Positions 28,360 through 42,599 of a DNA stretch of 64,000 nt are shown here, piece after piece (position 1 is the first letter of the stretch; each line of letters starts with the position of its first letter). Under the pieces are notes generated by a model. It did not search any database and was not told where the DNA came from. It saw only the letters and a program-made list of their open reading frames with translations. This DNA comes from Eledone cirrhosa (taxonomy: Eukaryota). Location: the NCBI GenBank assembly GCA_964016885.1, contig OZ024740.1, forward strand, positions 137,950,001-138,014,000, given 5' to 3'. The position numbers and the translations under genes are program-made.

Positions 28360-31300
28360 CAATTCTCTCTTTCTCTTATCACTTTTCCCCCAATCTCCAA
28401 TTCTCTCCTTCTCTTATCACTTTTCTCACAATCTCCAATACTCTCTTTCTCTTATCAATTTTCTCTCAATCTCCAATTCTTTCTTTCTCTTATCACTTTT
28501 CTCTCAATCTCCAATTCTTTCTTTCTCTTATCACTTTTCTCTCAATCTCCCATTCTGTCTTTCTCTTATCACTTTTCCCCCAATCTCCAATTCTCTCTCT
28601 CTCATATCACTTTTCTCTCAATCTCCAATTCTCTCTTTCTCTTATCAGTTTTCTCTCAATCTCCAATTCTCTCTTTCTCTTATCACTTTTCCTCCAATAT
28701 CCAATTCTCTCTTTCTCTTATCACTTTTCTCTCAATCTCCAATTCTCTCTTTCACCTCTCACTTTTCCCCCAATCTCCAATTCTCTCTCTTTCTCTTATC
28801 ACTTTTCTCTCAATCTCCAATTCTCTCTCTCTTTTCTCACTTTTACCCCAATCTCCAATTCTCTCTTTCTCTTCACACTTTTCCCCCAATCTCCAATTCT
28901 CTCTTTCTCTCATCAATTTTCTCTATATCTCCAATTCTCTCTTCCTCTTATCAATTTTCTCTTAATCTCCAATTCCTCTTTCTCTTCTCACTTTTCCCCC
29001 AATCTCCAATTCTCTCTTTCTCTTCTCACTTTTCCCCCAATCTCCAATTCTCTCTTTCTCTCATCACTTTTCTCTCAATCTCCAATTCTCTCTTTCTCTT
29101 ATCACTTTTCTCAAAATCTCCAATTCTCTCTTTCTCTTATCACTTTTTCTCAATCTCTAATTCTCTCTTTCTCTTATCAATTTTCTCTCAATCTCCAATT
29201 CTTTCTTTCTCTAATCACTTTTCTCTCAATCTCCAATTCTCTCTTTCTCTTATCACTTTTCCCCCAATCTACAATTCTCTCTCTTTCTCTTCTCACTTTT
29301 CTCTCAATCTCCAATCCTCTCTTTCTGTTATCACTTTTCTCTCAATCTCCAATTATCTCTTTCTCTTATCACTTTTCTCTCAATCTCCAATTCTCTCTTT
29401 CTCTTATCACTTTTCTGCCAATCTCCAATTCTCTCTTTCTCTTATCACTTTACTCTCAATCTACAATTCTCTCTTTCTCTTATCACTTTTCTCTCAATTT
29501 CCAATTCTCTCTTTCTCTTATCACTTTTCTCTCAATTTCCAATTCTCTCTTTCTCTTATCACTTTTCTCTCAATCTCTAATTCTCTCTTTCTCTTATCAA
29601 TTTTCTCTCAATCTCCAATTCTTTCTTTCTCTAATCACTTTTCTCTCAATCTCCAATTCACTCTCTCTTTTCTCACTTTTCCCCCAATCTCCAATTCTGT
29701 CTTTCTCTTCACACTTTTCCCCCAATCTCCAATTCTCTCTTTCTCTCATCAATTTTCTCTATATCTCCAATTCTCTCTTCCGCTTATCAATTTTCTCTTA
29801 ATCTCCAATTCTCTCTTTCTCTTCTCACTTTTCCCCCAATCTCCAATTCTCTCTTTCTCTTCTCACTTTTCCCCCAATCTCCAATTCTCTCTTTCTCTCA
29901 TCACTTTTCTCTCAATCTCCAATTCTCTCTTTCACTTATCACTTTTCTCAAAATCTCCAATTCTATCTTTCTCTTCTCACTTTTCTCTCAATCTCCAATC
30001 CTCTCTTTCTGTTATCACTTTTCTCTCAATCTCCAATTATCTCTTTCTCTTATCACTTTTCTCTCAATCTCCAATTCTCTCTTTCTCTTATCACTTTTCT
30101 GCCAATCTCCAATTCTCTCTTTCTCTTATCACTTTACTCTCAATCTCCAATTCTCTCTTTCTCTTATCACTTTTCTCTCAATTTCCAATTCTCTCTTTCT
30201 CTTATCACTTTTCTCTCAATTTCCAATTCTCTCTTTCTCTTATCACTTTTCTCTCAATCTCTAATTCTCTCTTTCTCTTATCAATTTTATCTCAATCTCC
30301 AATTCTTTCTTTCTCTAATCACTTTTCTCTCAATCTCCAATTCTCTCTTTCTCTTATCACTTTTCCCCCAATCTACAATTCTCTCTTTCTCTTATCACTT
30401 TTTCTCTCAATCTCCAATTCTCTCTTTCTCATATCACTTTTTTCTCAATCTCCAATTCTCTCTTTCTCTTATCATTTTTCTCTCAATCTCCAATTCTCTC
30501 TTTCTCTTATCACTTTTCCCCCAATCTCCAATTCTCTCTTTCTCTTATCACTTTTCTCACATCTCCAATACCCTCTTTCTCTTATCAATTTTCTCTCAAT
30601 CTCCAATTCTTTCTTTCTCTTATCACTTTTCTCTCAATCTCCAATTCTTCCTTTCTCTTATCACTTTTCTCTCAATCTCCCATTCTGTCTTTCTCTTATC
30701 ACTTTTCCCCAATCTCCAATTCTCTCTTTCTCATATCACTTTTCTCTCAATCTCCAATTCACTCTTTCTCTTATCAGTTTTCTCTCAATCTCCAATTCTC
30801 TCTTTCTCTTATCACTTTTCTCTCAATCTCCAATTCTCTCTTTCTCTTATCACTTTTCTCTCAATCTCCAATTCTTTCTTTCTCTTATTACTTTTCTCTC
30901 AATTTCTAATTCTCTCTTTCTCTTATCACTTTTCTTTCAATCTCCAATTCTCTCTTTCTCTTATCACTTTTCTCTCAATCTCCAATTCTCTCTTTCTCCT
31001 CTCACTTTTCCCCCAATCTCCAATTCTCTCTCTTTCTCTTATCACTTTTCTCTCAATCTCCAATTCTCTCTCTCTTTTCTCACTTTTCCCCCAATCTCCA
31101 ATTCTCTCTTTCTCTTCACACTTTTCCCCCAATCTCCAATTCTCTCTTTCTCTCATCAATTTTCTCTAAATCTCCAATTCTCTCTTCCTCTTATCAATTT
31201 TCTTTTAATCTCCAATTCTCTCTTTCTCTTCTCACTTTTACCCCAATCTCCAATTCTCTCTTTCTCTTATCACTTTTCTCTCAATCTCCACTTCTCTCTT

Positions 31301-34300
31301 TCTTTCATCACTTTTCTCTCAATCTCCAATTCTCTCTTTCTCTTATCACTTTTCTCTCAATCTCCAATTCTCTCTTTCTCTTATCACTTTTCTCTCAATC
31401 TCCAATTCTCTCTTTCTCCTCTCACTTTTCCCCCAATCTCCAATTCTCTCTCTTTCTCTTATCACTTTTCTCTCAATCTCCAATTCTCTCTTTCTCCTCT
31501 CACTTTTCCCCCAATCTCCAATTCTCTCTCTTTCTCTTATCACTTTTCTCTCAATCTCCAATTCTCTCTTTCTCTTCACACTTTTCCCCCAATCTGCAAT
31601 TCTCTCTTTCCCTCATCAATTTTCTCTATATCTCCAATTCTCTCTTCCTCTTATCATTTTTCTCTCAATCTCCAATTCTCTCTTTCTCTTATCACTTTTC
31701 TCTCAATCTCCAATTCTCTATCCTCTCTTATCACTTTTCCCCCAATCTCCAATTCTCTCTTTCTCTTATCACTTTTCTCTCAATCTCCAATTCTTTCTTT
31801 CTCTTATTACCTTTCTCTCAATTTCTAATTCTCTCTTTCTCTTTTCACTTTTCTTTCAATCTCCAATTCTCTCTTTGTCTTATCACTTTTCTCTCAATCT
31901 CCAATTATCTCTTTCTCCTCTCACTTTTCCCCCAATCTCCAATTCTCTCTCTTTCTCTTATCACTTTTCTCCTAATCTCCAATTCTCTCTTTCTCTTCAC
32001 ACTTTTCCCCCAATCTCCAAATCTCTCTTTCTCTTATCACTTTTCTCACAATCTCCAATACTCTCTTTCTCTTATCAATTTTCTCTATATCTCCAATTCT
32101 CTCTTCCTCTTATCATTTTTCTCTTAATCTCCAATTCTCTCCTTCTCTTCTCACTTTTCCCCCAATCTCCAATTCTCTCTTTCTCTTATCACTTTTCCCC
32201 CAATCTCCAATTCTCTCCTTCTCTTATCACTTTTCTCACAATCTCCAATACTCTCTTTCTCTTATCAATTTTCTCTCAATCTCCAATTCTTTCTTTCTCT
32301 TATCACTTTTCTCTCAATCTCCAATTCTTTCTTTCTCTTATCACTTTTCTCTCAATCTCCCATTCTGTCTTTCTCTTATCACTTTTCCCCCAATCTCCAA
32401 TTCTCTCTCTCTCATATCACTTTTCTCTCAATCTCCAATTCTCTCTTTCTCTTATCAGTTTTCTCTCAATCTCCAATTCTCTCTTTCTCTTATCACTTTT
32501 CCTCCAATATCCAATTCTCTCTTTCTCTTATCACTTTTCTCTCAATCTCCAATTCTCTCTTTCACCTCTCAATTTTCCCCCAATCTCCAATTCTCTCTCT
32601 TTCTCTTATCACTTTTCTCTCAATCTCCAATTCTCTCTCTCTTTTCTCACTTTTACCCCAATCTCCAATTCTCTCTTTCTCTTCACACTTTTCCCCCAAT
32701 CTCCAATTCTCTCTTTCTCTCATCAATTTTCTCTATATCTCCAATTCTCTCTTCCTCTTATCAATTTTCTCTTAATCTCCAATTCCTCTTTCTCTTCTCA
32801 CTTTTCCCCAATCTCCAATTCTCTCTTTCTCTTCTCACTTTTCCCCCAATCTCCAATTCTCTCTTTCTCTCATCACTTTTCTCTCAATCTCCAATTCTCT
32901 CTTTCTCTTATCACTTTTCTCAAAATCTCCAATTCTCTCTTTCTCTTATCACTTTTTCTCAATCTCTAATTCTCTCTTTCTCTTATCAATTTTCTCTCAA
33001 TCTCCAATTCTTTCTTTCTCTAATCACTTTTCTCTCAATCTCCAATTCTCTCTTTCTCTTATCACTTTTCCCCCAATCTACAATTCTCTCTCTTTCTCTT
33101 CTCACTTTTCTCTCAATCTCCAATCCTCTCTTTCTGTTATCACTTTTCTCTCAATCTCCAATTATCTCTTTCTCTTATCACTTTTCTCTCAATCTCCAAT
33201 TCTCTCTTTCTCTTATCACTTTTCTGCCAATCTCCAATTCTCTCTTTCTCTTATCACTTTACTCTCAATCTACAATTCTCTCTTTCTCTTATCACTTTTC
33301 TCTCAATTTCCAATTCTCTCTTTCTCTTATCACTTTTCTCTCAATTTCCAATTCTCTCTTTCTCTTATCACTTTTCTCTCAATCTCTAATTCTCTCTTTC
33401 TCTTATCAATTTTCTCTCAATCTCCAATTCTTTCTTTCTCTAATCACTTTTCTCTCAATCTCCAATTCACTCTCTCTTTTCTCACTTTTCCCCCAATCTC
33501 CAATTCTGTCTTTCTCTTCACACTTTTCCCCCAATCTCCAATTCTCTCTTTCTCTCATCAATTTTCTCTATATCTCCAATTCTCTCTTCCGCTTATCAAT
33601 TTTCTCTTAATCTCCAATTCTCTCTTTCTCTTCTCACTTTTCCCCCAATCTCCAATTCTCTCTTTCTCTTCTCACTTTTCCCCCAATCTCCAATTCTCTC
33701 TTTCTCTCATCACTTTTCTCTCAATCTCCAATTCTCTCTTTCACTTATCACTTTTCTCAAAATCTCCAATTCTATCTTTCTCTTCTCACTTTTCTCTCAA
33801 TCTCCAATCCTCTCTTTCTGTTATCACTTTTCTCTCAATCTCCAATTATCTCTTTCTCTTATCACTTTTCTCTCAATCTCCAATTCTCTCTTTCTCTTAT
33901 CACTTTTCTGCCAATCTCCAATTCTCTCTTTCTCTTATCACTTTACTCTCAATCTCCAATTCTCTCTTTCTCTTATCACTTTTCTCTCAATTTCCAATTC
34001 TCTCTTTCTCTTATCACTTTTCTCTCAATTTCCAATTCTCTCTTTCTCTTATCACTTTTCTCTCAATCTCTAATTCTCTCTTTCTCTTATCAATTTTATC
34101 TCAATCTCCAATTCTTTCTTTCTCTAATCACTTTTCTCTCAATCTCCAATTCTCTCTTTCTCTTATCACTTTTCCCCCAATCTACAATTCTCTCTTTCTC
34201 TTATCACTTTTTCTCTCAATCTCCAATTCTCTCTTTCTCATATCACTTTTTTCTCAATCTCCAATTCTCTCTTTCTCTTATCATTTTTCTCTCAATCTCC

Positions 34301-35980
34301 AATTCTCTCTTTCTCTTATCACTTTTCCCCCAATCTCCAATTCTCTCTTTCTCTTATCACTTTTCTCACATCTCCAATACCCTCTTTCTCTTATCAATTT
34401 TCTCTCAATCTCCAATTCTTTCTTTCTCTTATCACTTTTCTCTCAATCTCCAATTCTTCCTTTCTCTTATCACTTTTCTCTCAATCTCCCATTCTGTCTT
34501 TCTCTTATCACTTTTCCCCAATCTCCAATTCTCTCTTTCTCATATCACTTTTCTCTCAATCTCCAATTCACTCTTTCTCTTATCAGTTTTCTCTCAATCT
34601 CCAATTCTCTCTTTCTCTTATCACTTTTCTCTCAATCTCCAATTCTCTCTTTCTCTTATCACTTTTCTCTCAATCTCCAATTCTTTCTTTCTCTTATTAC
34701 TTTTCTCTCAATTTCTAATTCTCTCTTTCTCTTATCACTTTTCTTTCAATCTCCAATTCTCTCTTTCTCTTATCACTTTTCTCTCAATCTCCAATTCTCT
34801 CTTTCTCCTCTCACTTTTCCCCCAATCTCCAATTCTCTCTCTTTCTCTTATCACTTTTCTCTCAATCTCCAATTCTCTCTCTCTTTTCTCACTTTTCCCC
34901 CAATCTCCAATTCTCTCTTTCTCTTCACACTTTTCCCCCAATCTCCAATTCTCTCTTTCTCTCATCAATTTTCTCTAAATCTCCAATTCTCTCTTCCTCT
35001 TATCAATTTTCTTTTAATCTCCAATTCTCTCTTTCTCTTCTCACTTTTACCCCAATCTCCAATTCTCTCTTTCTCTTATCACTTTTCTCTCAATCTCCAC
35101 TTCTCTCTTTCTTTCATCACTTTTCTCTCAATCTCCAATTCTCTCTTTCTCTTATCACTTTTCTCTCAATCTCCAATTCTCTCTTTCTCTTATCACTTTT
35201 CTCTCAATCTCCAATTCTCTCTTTCTCCTCTCACTTTTCCCCCAATCTCCAATTCTCTCTCTTTCTCTTATCACTTTTCTCTCAATCTCCAATTCTCTCT
35301 TTCTCCTCTCACTTTTCCCCCAATCTCCAATTCTCTCTCTTTCTCTTATCACTTTTCTCTCAATCTCCAATTCTCTCTTTCTCTTCACACTTTTCCCCCA
35401 ATCTGCAATTCTCTCTTTCCCTCATCAATTTTCTCTATATCTCCAATTCTCTCTTCCTCTTATCATTTTTCTCTCAATCTCCAATTCTCTCTTTCTCTTA
35501 TCACTTTTCTCTCAATCTCCAATTCTCTATCCTCTCTTATCACTTTTCCCCCAATCTCCAATTCTCTCTTTCTCTTATCACTTTTCTCTCAATCTCCAAT
35601 TCTTTCTTTCTCTTATTACCTTTCTCTCAATTTCTAATTCTCTCTTTCTCTTTTCACTTTTCTTTCAATCTCCAATTCTCTCTTTGTCTTATCACTTTTC
35701 TCTCAATCTCCAATTATCTCTTTCTCCTCTCACTTTTCCCCCAATCTCCAATTCTCTCTCTTTCTCTTATCACTTTTCTCCTAATCTCCAATTCTCTCTT
35801 TCTCTTCACACTTTTCCCCCAATCTCCAAATCTCTCTTTCTCTTATCACTTTTCTCACAATCTCCAATACTCTCTTTCTCTTATCAATTTTCTCTATATC
35901 TCCAATTCTCTCTTCCTCTTATCATTTTTCTCTTAATCTCCAATTCTCTCCTTCTCTTCTCACTTTTCCCCCAATCTCCA
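28360..35980. repeat. Near-perfect tandem duplication, period 3809-3810 bp (100 monomers), 2 copies
   Basis: Variants found only in these two copies: TTCCGCTT (G 29782/33591), AATTCCTCTT (28971/32781), CTCCACTT (31291/35100) and CTCACATCTCC. ORF pairs 30926/34735, 31346/35155 and 31875/35684 are all +3809. Confidence 0.93.
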
Positions 35981-38390
35981 ATTCTCTCTTTTTCTTCTCA
36001 CTTTTCCCCCAATCTCCAATTCTCTCTTTCTCTCATCACTTTTCTCTCAATCTCCAATTCTCTCTTTCTCTTATCACTTTTCTCAAAATCTCCAATTCTC
36101 TCTTTCTCTTCTCACTTTTCTCTCAATCTCCAATCCTCTCTTTCTGTTATCACTTTTCTCTCAATCTCCAATTCTCTCTTTCTCTTATCACTTTTCCCCC
36201 AATCTCCAATTCTCTCTTTCTCTTATCACTTTTCTCACAATCTCCAATACTCTCTTTCTCTTATCAATTTTCTCTCAATCTCCAATTCTTTCTTTCTCTT
36301 ATCACTTTTCTCTCAATCTCCAATTCTTTCTTTCTCTTATCACTTTTCTCTCAATCTCCCATTCTGTCTTTCTCTTATTACTTTTCTCTCAATTTCTAAT
36401 TCTCTCTTTCTCTTATCACTTTTCTTTCAATCTCCAATTCTCTCTTTCTCTTATCACTTTTCTCTCAATCTCCAATTCTCTCTTTCACCTCTCACTTTTC
36501 CCCCAATCTCCAATTCTCTCTCTTTCTCTTCTCACTTTTCTCTCAATCTCCAATTCTCTCTTTCTCTTATCACTTTTCCCCCAATCTCCAATTCTCTCTT
36601 TCTCTTATCAGTTTTCTCTCAATCTCCAATTCTCTCTTTCTCTTATCACTTTTCTCTCAATCTCCAATTCTCTCTTTCTCTTATCACTTTTCCTCCAATA
36701 TCCAATTCTCTCTTTCTCTTATCACTTTTCTCTCAATCTCCAATTCTCTCTTTCTCTTATCACTTTTCTCTCAATCTCCAATTCTTTCTTTCTCTTATTA
36801 CTTTTATCTCGATTTCTAATTCTCTCTTTCTCTTATCACTTTTCTTTCAATCTTCAATTCTCTCTTTCTCTTATCACTTTTCTCTCAATCTCCAATTCTC
36901 TCTTTCTCTTCACACTTTTCCCCCAATCTGCAATTCTCTCTTTCTCTCATCAATTTTCTCTATATCTCCAATTCTCTCTTCCTCTCATCATTTTTCTCTC
37001 AATCTCCAATTCTCTCTTTCTCTTATCACTTTTCTCTCAATCTCCAATTCTCTATCCTCTCTTATCACTTTTCCCCCAATCTCCAATTCTCTCTTTCTCT
37101 TATCACTTTTCTCTCAATCTCCAATTCTTTCTTTCTCTTATTACTTTTCTCTCAATTTCTAATTCTCTCTTTCTCTTTTCACTTTTCTTTCAATCTCCAA
37201 TTCTCTCTTTGTCTTATCACTTTTCTCTCAATCTCCAATTATCTCTTTCTCCTCTCACTTTTCCCCCAATCTCCAATTCTCTCTCTTTCTCTTATCACTT
37301 TTCTCCTAATCTCCAATTCTCTCTTTCTCTTCACACTTTTCCCCCAATCTCCAATTCTCTCTTTCTCTCATCAATTTTCTCTATATCTCCAATTCTCTCT
37401 TCCTCTTATCATTTTTCTCTTAATCTCCAATTCTCTCCTTCTCTTCTCACTTTTCCCCCAATCTCCAATTCTCTCTTTCTCTTCTCACTTTTCCCCCAAT
37501 CTCCAATTCTCTCTTTCTCTCATCACTTTTCTCTCAATCTCCAATTCTCTCTTTCTCTTATCACTTTTCTCAAAATCTCCAATACTATCTTTCTCTTCTC
37601 ACTTTTCTCTCAATCTCCAATCCTCTCTTTCTGTTATCACTTTTCTCTCAATCTCCAATTCTCTCTTTCTCTTATCACTTTTCCCCCAATCTCCAATTCT
37701 CTCTTTCTCTTATCACTTTTCTCACAATCTCCAATACTCTCTTTCTCTTATCAATTTTCTCTCAATCTCCAATTCTTTCTTTCTCTTATCACTTTTCTCT
37801 CAATCTCCAATTCTTTCTTTCTCTTATCACTTTTCTCTCAATCTCCCATTCTGTCTTTCTCTTATTACTTTTCTCTCAATTTCTAATTCTCTCTTTCTCT
37901 TATCACTTTTCTTTCAATCTCCAATTCTCTCTTTCTCTTATCACTTTTCTCTCAATCTCCAATTCTCTCTTTCACCTCTCACTTTTCCCCCAATCTCCAA
38001 TTCTCTCTCTTTCTCTTCTCACTTTTCTCTCAATCTCCAATTCTCTCTTTCTCTTATCACTTTTCCTCCAATCTCCAATTCTCTCTTTCTCTTATCAGTT
38101 TTCTCTCAATCTCCAATTCTCTCTTTCTCTTATCACTTTTCTCTCAATCTCCAATTCTCTCTTTCTCTTATCACTTTTCCTCCAATATCCAATTCTCTCT
38201 TTCTCTTATCACTTTTCTCTCAATCTCCAATTCTCTCTTTCTCTTATCACTTTTCTCTCAATCTCCAATTCTTTCTTTCTCTTATTACTTTTCTCTCAAT
38301 TTCTAATTCTCTCTTTCTCTTATCACTTTTCTTTCAATCTCCAATTCTCTCTTTCTCTTATCACTTTTCTCTCAATCTCCAATTCTCTCT
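35580..38390. repeat. Higher-order duplication, period about 1487-1525 bp
   Basis: TTTCACCTCTC at A 36487 and 37974 (+1487). ORF starts 35684/37209 (+1525, one monomer more). Both share the unusual junction CTCCCATTCTGTCTTTCTCTTATTAC. Confidence 0.75.
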
Positions 38391-41300
38391 TTCACCTCTC
38401 ACTTTTCCCCCAATCTCCAATTCTCTCTCTTTCTCTTATCACTTTTCTCTCAATCTCCAATTCTCTCTCTCTTTTCTCACTTTTCCACCAAACTCCAATT
38501 CTCTCTTTCTCTTCACACTTTTCCCCCAATCTCCAATTCTCTCTTTCTCTCATCAATTTTCTCTATATCTCCAATTCTCTCTTCCTCTTATCAATTTTCT
38601 CTTAATCTCCAATTCTCTCTTTCTCTTCTCACTTTTCCCCCAATCTCCAATTCTCTCTTTCTCTTCTCACTTTTCCCCCAATCTCCAATTCTCTCTTTCT
38701 CTCATCACTTTTCTCTCAATCTCCAATTATCTCTTTCTCTTATCACTTTACTCTCAATCCCCAATTCTCTCTTTCTCTTATCACTTTTCTCTCAATTTCC
38801 AATTCTCTCTTTCTCTTATCACTTTTCTCTCAATTTCCAATTCTCTCTTTCTCTTATCAGTTTTCTCTCAATCTCTAATTCTCTCTTTCTCTTATCAATT
38901 TTCTCTCAATCTCCAATTCTTTCTTTCTCTAATCACTTTTCTCTCAATCTCCAATTCTCTCTTTCTCTAATCACTTTTCCACCAATCTACAATTCTCTCT
39001 TTCTCTTATCACTTTTTCTCTCAATCTCCAATTCTCTCTTTCTCATATCACTTTTTTCTCAATCTCCAATTCTCTCTTTCTCTTATCACTTTTCTCTCAA
39101 TCTCCAATTCTCTCTTTCTCTTATCACTTTTCCCCCAATCTCCAATTCTCTCTTTCTCTTATCACTTTTCTCACAATCTCCAATACTCTCTTTCTCTTAT
39201 CAATTTTCTCTCAATCTCCAATTCTTTCTTTCTCTTATCACTTATCTCTCAATCTCCAATTCTTTCTTTCTCTTATCACTTTTCTCTCAATCTCCCATTC
39301 TGTCTTTCTCTTATCACTTTTCCCCCAATCTCCAATTCTCTCTTTCTCATATCACTTGTCTCTCAATCTCCAATTCTCTCTTTCTCTTATCAGTTTTCTC
39401 TCAATCTCCAATTCTCTCTTTCTCTTATCACTTTTCTCTCAATCTCCAATTCTCTCTTTCTCTTATCACTTTTCCTCCAATATCCAATTATCTCTTTCTC
39501 TTATCACCTTTCTCTCAATCTCCAATTCTCTCTTTCTCTTATCACTTTTCTCTCAATCTCCAATTCTTTCTTTCTCTTATTACTTTTCTCTCAATTTCTA
39601 ATTCTCTCTTTCTCTTATCACTTTTCTTTCAATCTCCAATTCTCTCTTTCTCTTATCACTTTTCTCTCAATCTCCAATTCTCTCTTTCTCCTCTCACTTT
39701 TCCCCCAATCTCCAATTCTCTCTCTTTCTCTTATCACTTTTCTCTCAATCTCCAATTCTCTCTCTCTTTTCTCACTTTTCCCCCAATCTCCAATTCTCTC
39801 TTTCTCTTCACACTTTTCCCCCAATCTCCAATTCTCTCTTTCTCTCATCAATTTTCTCTATATCTCCAATTCTCTCTTCCTCTTATCAATTTTCTCTTAA
39901 TCTCCAATTCTCTCTTTCTCTTCTCACTTTTCCCCAATCTCCAATTCTCTCTTTCTCTTATCACTTTTCTCTCAATATCTAATTCTCTCTTTCTCTTATC
40001 ACTTTTCTCTCAATCTCCAATTCTTTCTTTCTCTAATCACTTTTCTCTCAATCTCCAATTCTCTCTTTCTCTTATCACTTTTCCCCCAATCTACCATTCT
40101 CTCTTTATCTTATCACTTTTCTTTCAATCTCCAATTCTCTCCTTCTCTTATCACTTTTCTCTCAATCTCCAATTCTCTCTTTCTCCTCTCACTTTTCCCC
40201 CAATCTCCAATTCTCTCTCTTTCTCTTATCACTTTTCTCTCAATCTCCAATTCTCTCTTTCTTTTCTCACTTTTCCCCCAATCTCCAATTCTCTCTTTCT
40301 CTTCACACTTTTCCCCCAATCTGCAATTCTCTCTTTCTCTCATCAATTTTCTCTATATCTCCAATTCTCTCTTCCTCTTATCATTTTTCTCTCAATCTCC
40401 AATTCTCTCTTTCTCTTATCACTTTTCTCTCAATCTCCAATTCTTTCCTTCTCTTATTACTTTTCTCTCGATTTCTAATTCTCTCTTTCTCTTATCACTT
40501 TTCTTTCAATCTCCAATTCTCTCTTTGTCTTATCACTTTTCTCTCAATCTCCAATTCTCTCTTTCTCCTCTCACTTTTCCCCCAATCTCCAATTCTCTCT
40601 CTTTCTCTTATCACTTTTCTCTCAATCTCCAATTCTCTCTCTCTTTTCTCACTTTTCCCCCAATCTCCAATTCTCTCTTTCTCTTCACACTTTTCCCCCA
40701 ATCTCCAATTCTCGCTTTCTCTCATCAATTTTCTCTATATCTCCAATTCTCTCTTCCTCTTATCAATTTTCTCTTAATCTCCAATTCTCTCTTTCTCTTC
40801 TCACTTTTCCCCCAATCTCCAATTCTCTCTTTCTCTTATCACTTTTCTCTCAATCTCCAATTCTCTCTTTCTTTCATCACTTTTCTCTCAATCTCCAATT
40901 CTCTCTTTCTCTTATCACTTTTCTCTCAATCTCCAATTCTCTCATTCTTTCATCACTTTTCTCTCAATCTCCAATTCTCTCTTTCTCATATCACTTTTTT
41001 CTCAATCTCCAATTCTCTCTTTCTCTTATCACTTTTCTCTCAATCTCCAATTCTCTCTTTCTCTTATCACTTTTCCCCCAATCTCCAATTCTCTCTTTCT
41101 CTTATCACTTTTCTCACAATCTCCAATACTCTCTTTCTCTTATCAATTTTCTCTCAATCTCCAATTCTTTCTTTCTCTTATCACTTTTCTCTCAATCTCC
41201 AATTCTTTCTTTCTCTTATCACTTTTCTCTCAATCTCCCATTCTGTCTTTCTCTTATCACTTTTCCCCCAATCTCCAATTCTCTCTTTCTCATATCACTT

Positions 41301-42599
41301 TTCTCTCAATCTCCAATTCTCTCTTTCTCTTATCAGTTTTCTCTCAATCTCCAATTCTCTCTTTCTCTTATCACTTTTCTCTCAATCTCCAATTCTCTCT
41401 TTCTCTTATCACTTTTCTCTCAATCTCCAATTCTCTCTTTCTCTTATCACTTTTCCTCCAATATCCAATTCTCTCTTTCTCTTATCACTTTTCTCTCAAT
41501 CTCCAATTCTCTCTTTCTCTTATCACTTTTCTCTCAATCTCCAATTCTTTCTTTCTCTTATTACTTTTCTCTCAATTTCTAATTCTCTCTTTCTCTTATC
41601 ACTTTTCTTTCAATCTCCAATTCTCTCTTTCTCTTATCACTTTTCTCTCAATCTCCAAATCTCTCTTTCTCCTCTCACTTTTCCCCCAATCTCCAATTCT
41701 CTCTCTTTCTCTTATCACTTTTCTCTCAATCTCCAATTCTCTCTCTCTTTTCTCACTTTCCCCCAATCTCCAATTCTCTCTTTCTCTCATCAATTTTCTC
41801 TATATCTCCAATTCTCTCTTCCTCTTATCAATTTTCTCTTAATCTCCAATTCTCTCTTTCTCTTCTCACTTTTCCCCCAATCTCCAATCCTCTCTTTCTC
41901 TTCTCACTTTTCCCCAATCTCCAATTCTCTCTTTCTCTCATCACTTTTCTCTCAATCTCCAATTCTCTCTTTCTCTTATCACTTTTCTCAAAATCTCCAA
42001 TTCTATCTTTCTCTTCTCACTTTTCTCTCAATCTCCAATCCTCTCTTTCTGTTATCACTTTTCTCTCAATCTCCAATTATTTCTTTCTCTTATCACTTTT
42101 CTCTCAATCTCCAATTCTCTCTTTCTCTTATCACTTTACTCTCAATCTCCAATTCTCTCTTTCTCTTATCACTTTTCTCTCAATTTCCAATTCTCTCTTT
42201 CTCTTATCACTTTTCTCTCAATTTCCAATTCTCTCTTTCTCTTATCACTTTTCTCTCAATCTCTAATTCTCTCTTTCTCTTATCAATTTTCTCTCAATCT
42301 CCAATTTTTCTTTCTCTAATCACTTTTCTCTCAATCTCCAATTCTCTCTTTCTCTAATCACTTTTCCCCCAATCTACAATTCTCTCTTTCTCTTATCACT
42401 TTTTCTCTCAATCTCCAATTCTCTCTTTCTCATGTCACTTTTTTCTCAATCTCCAATTCTCTCTTTCTCTAATCGCTTTTCTCTCAATCTCCAATTCTCT
42501 CTTTCTCTTATCACTTTTCCCCCAATCTCCAATTCTCTCCTTCTCTTATCACTTTTCTCACAATCTCCAATACTCTCTTTCTCTTATCAATTTTCTCTC

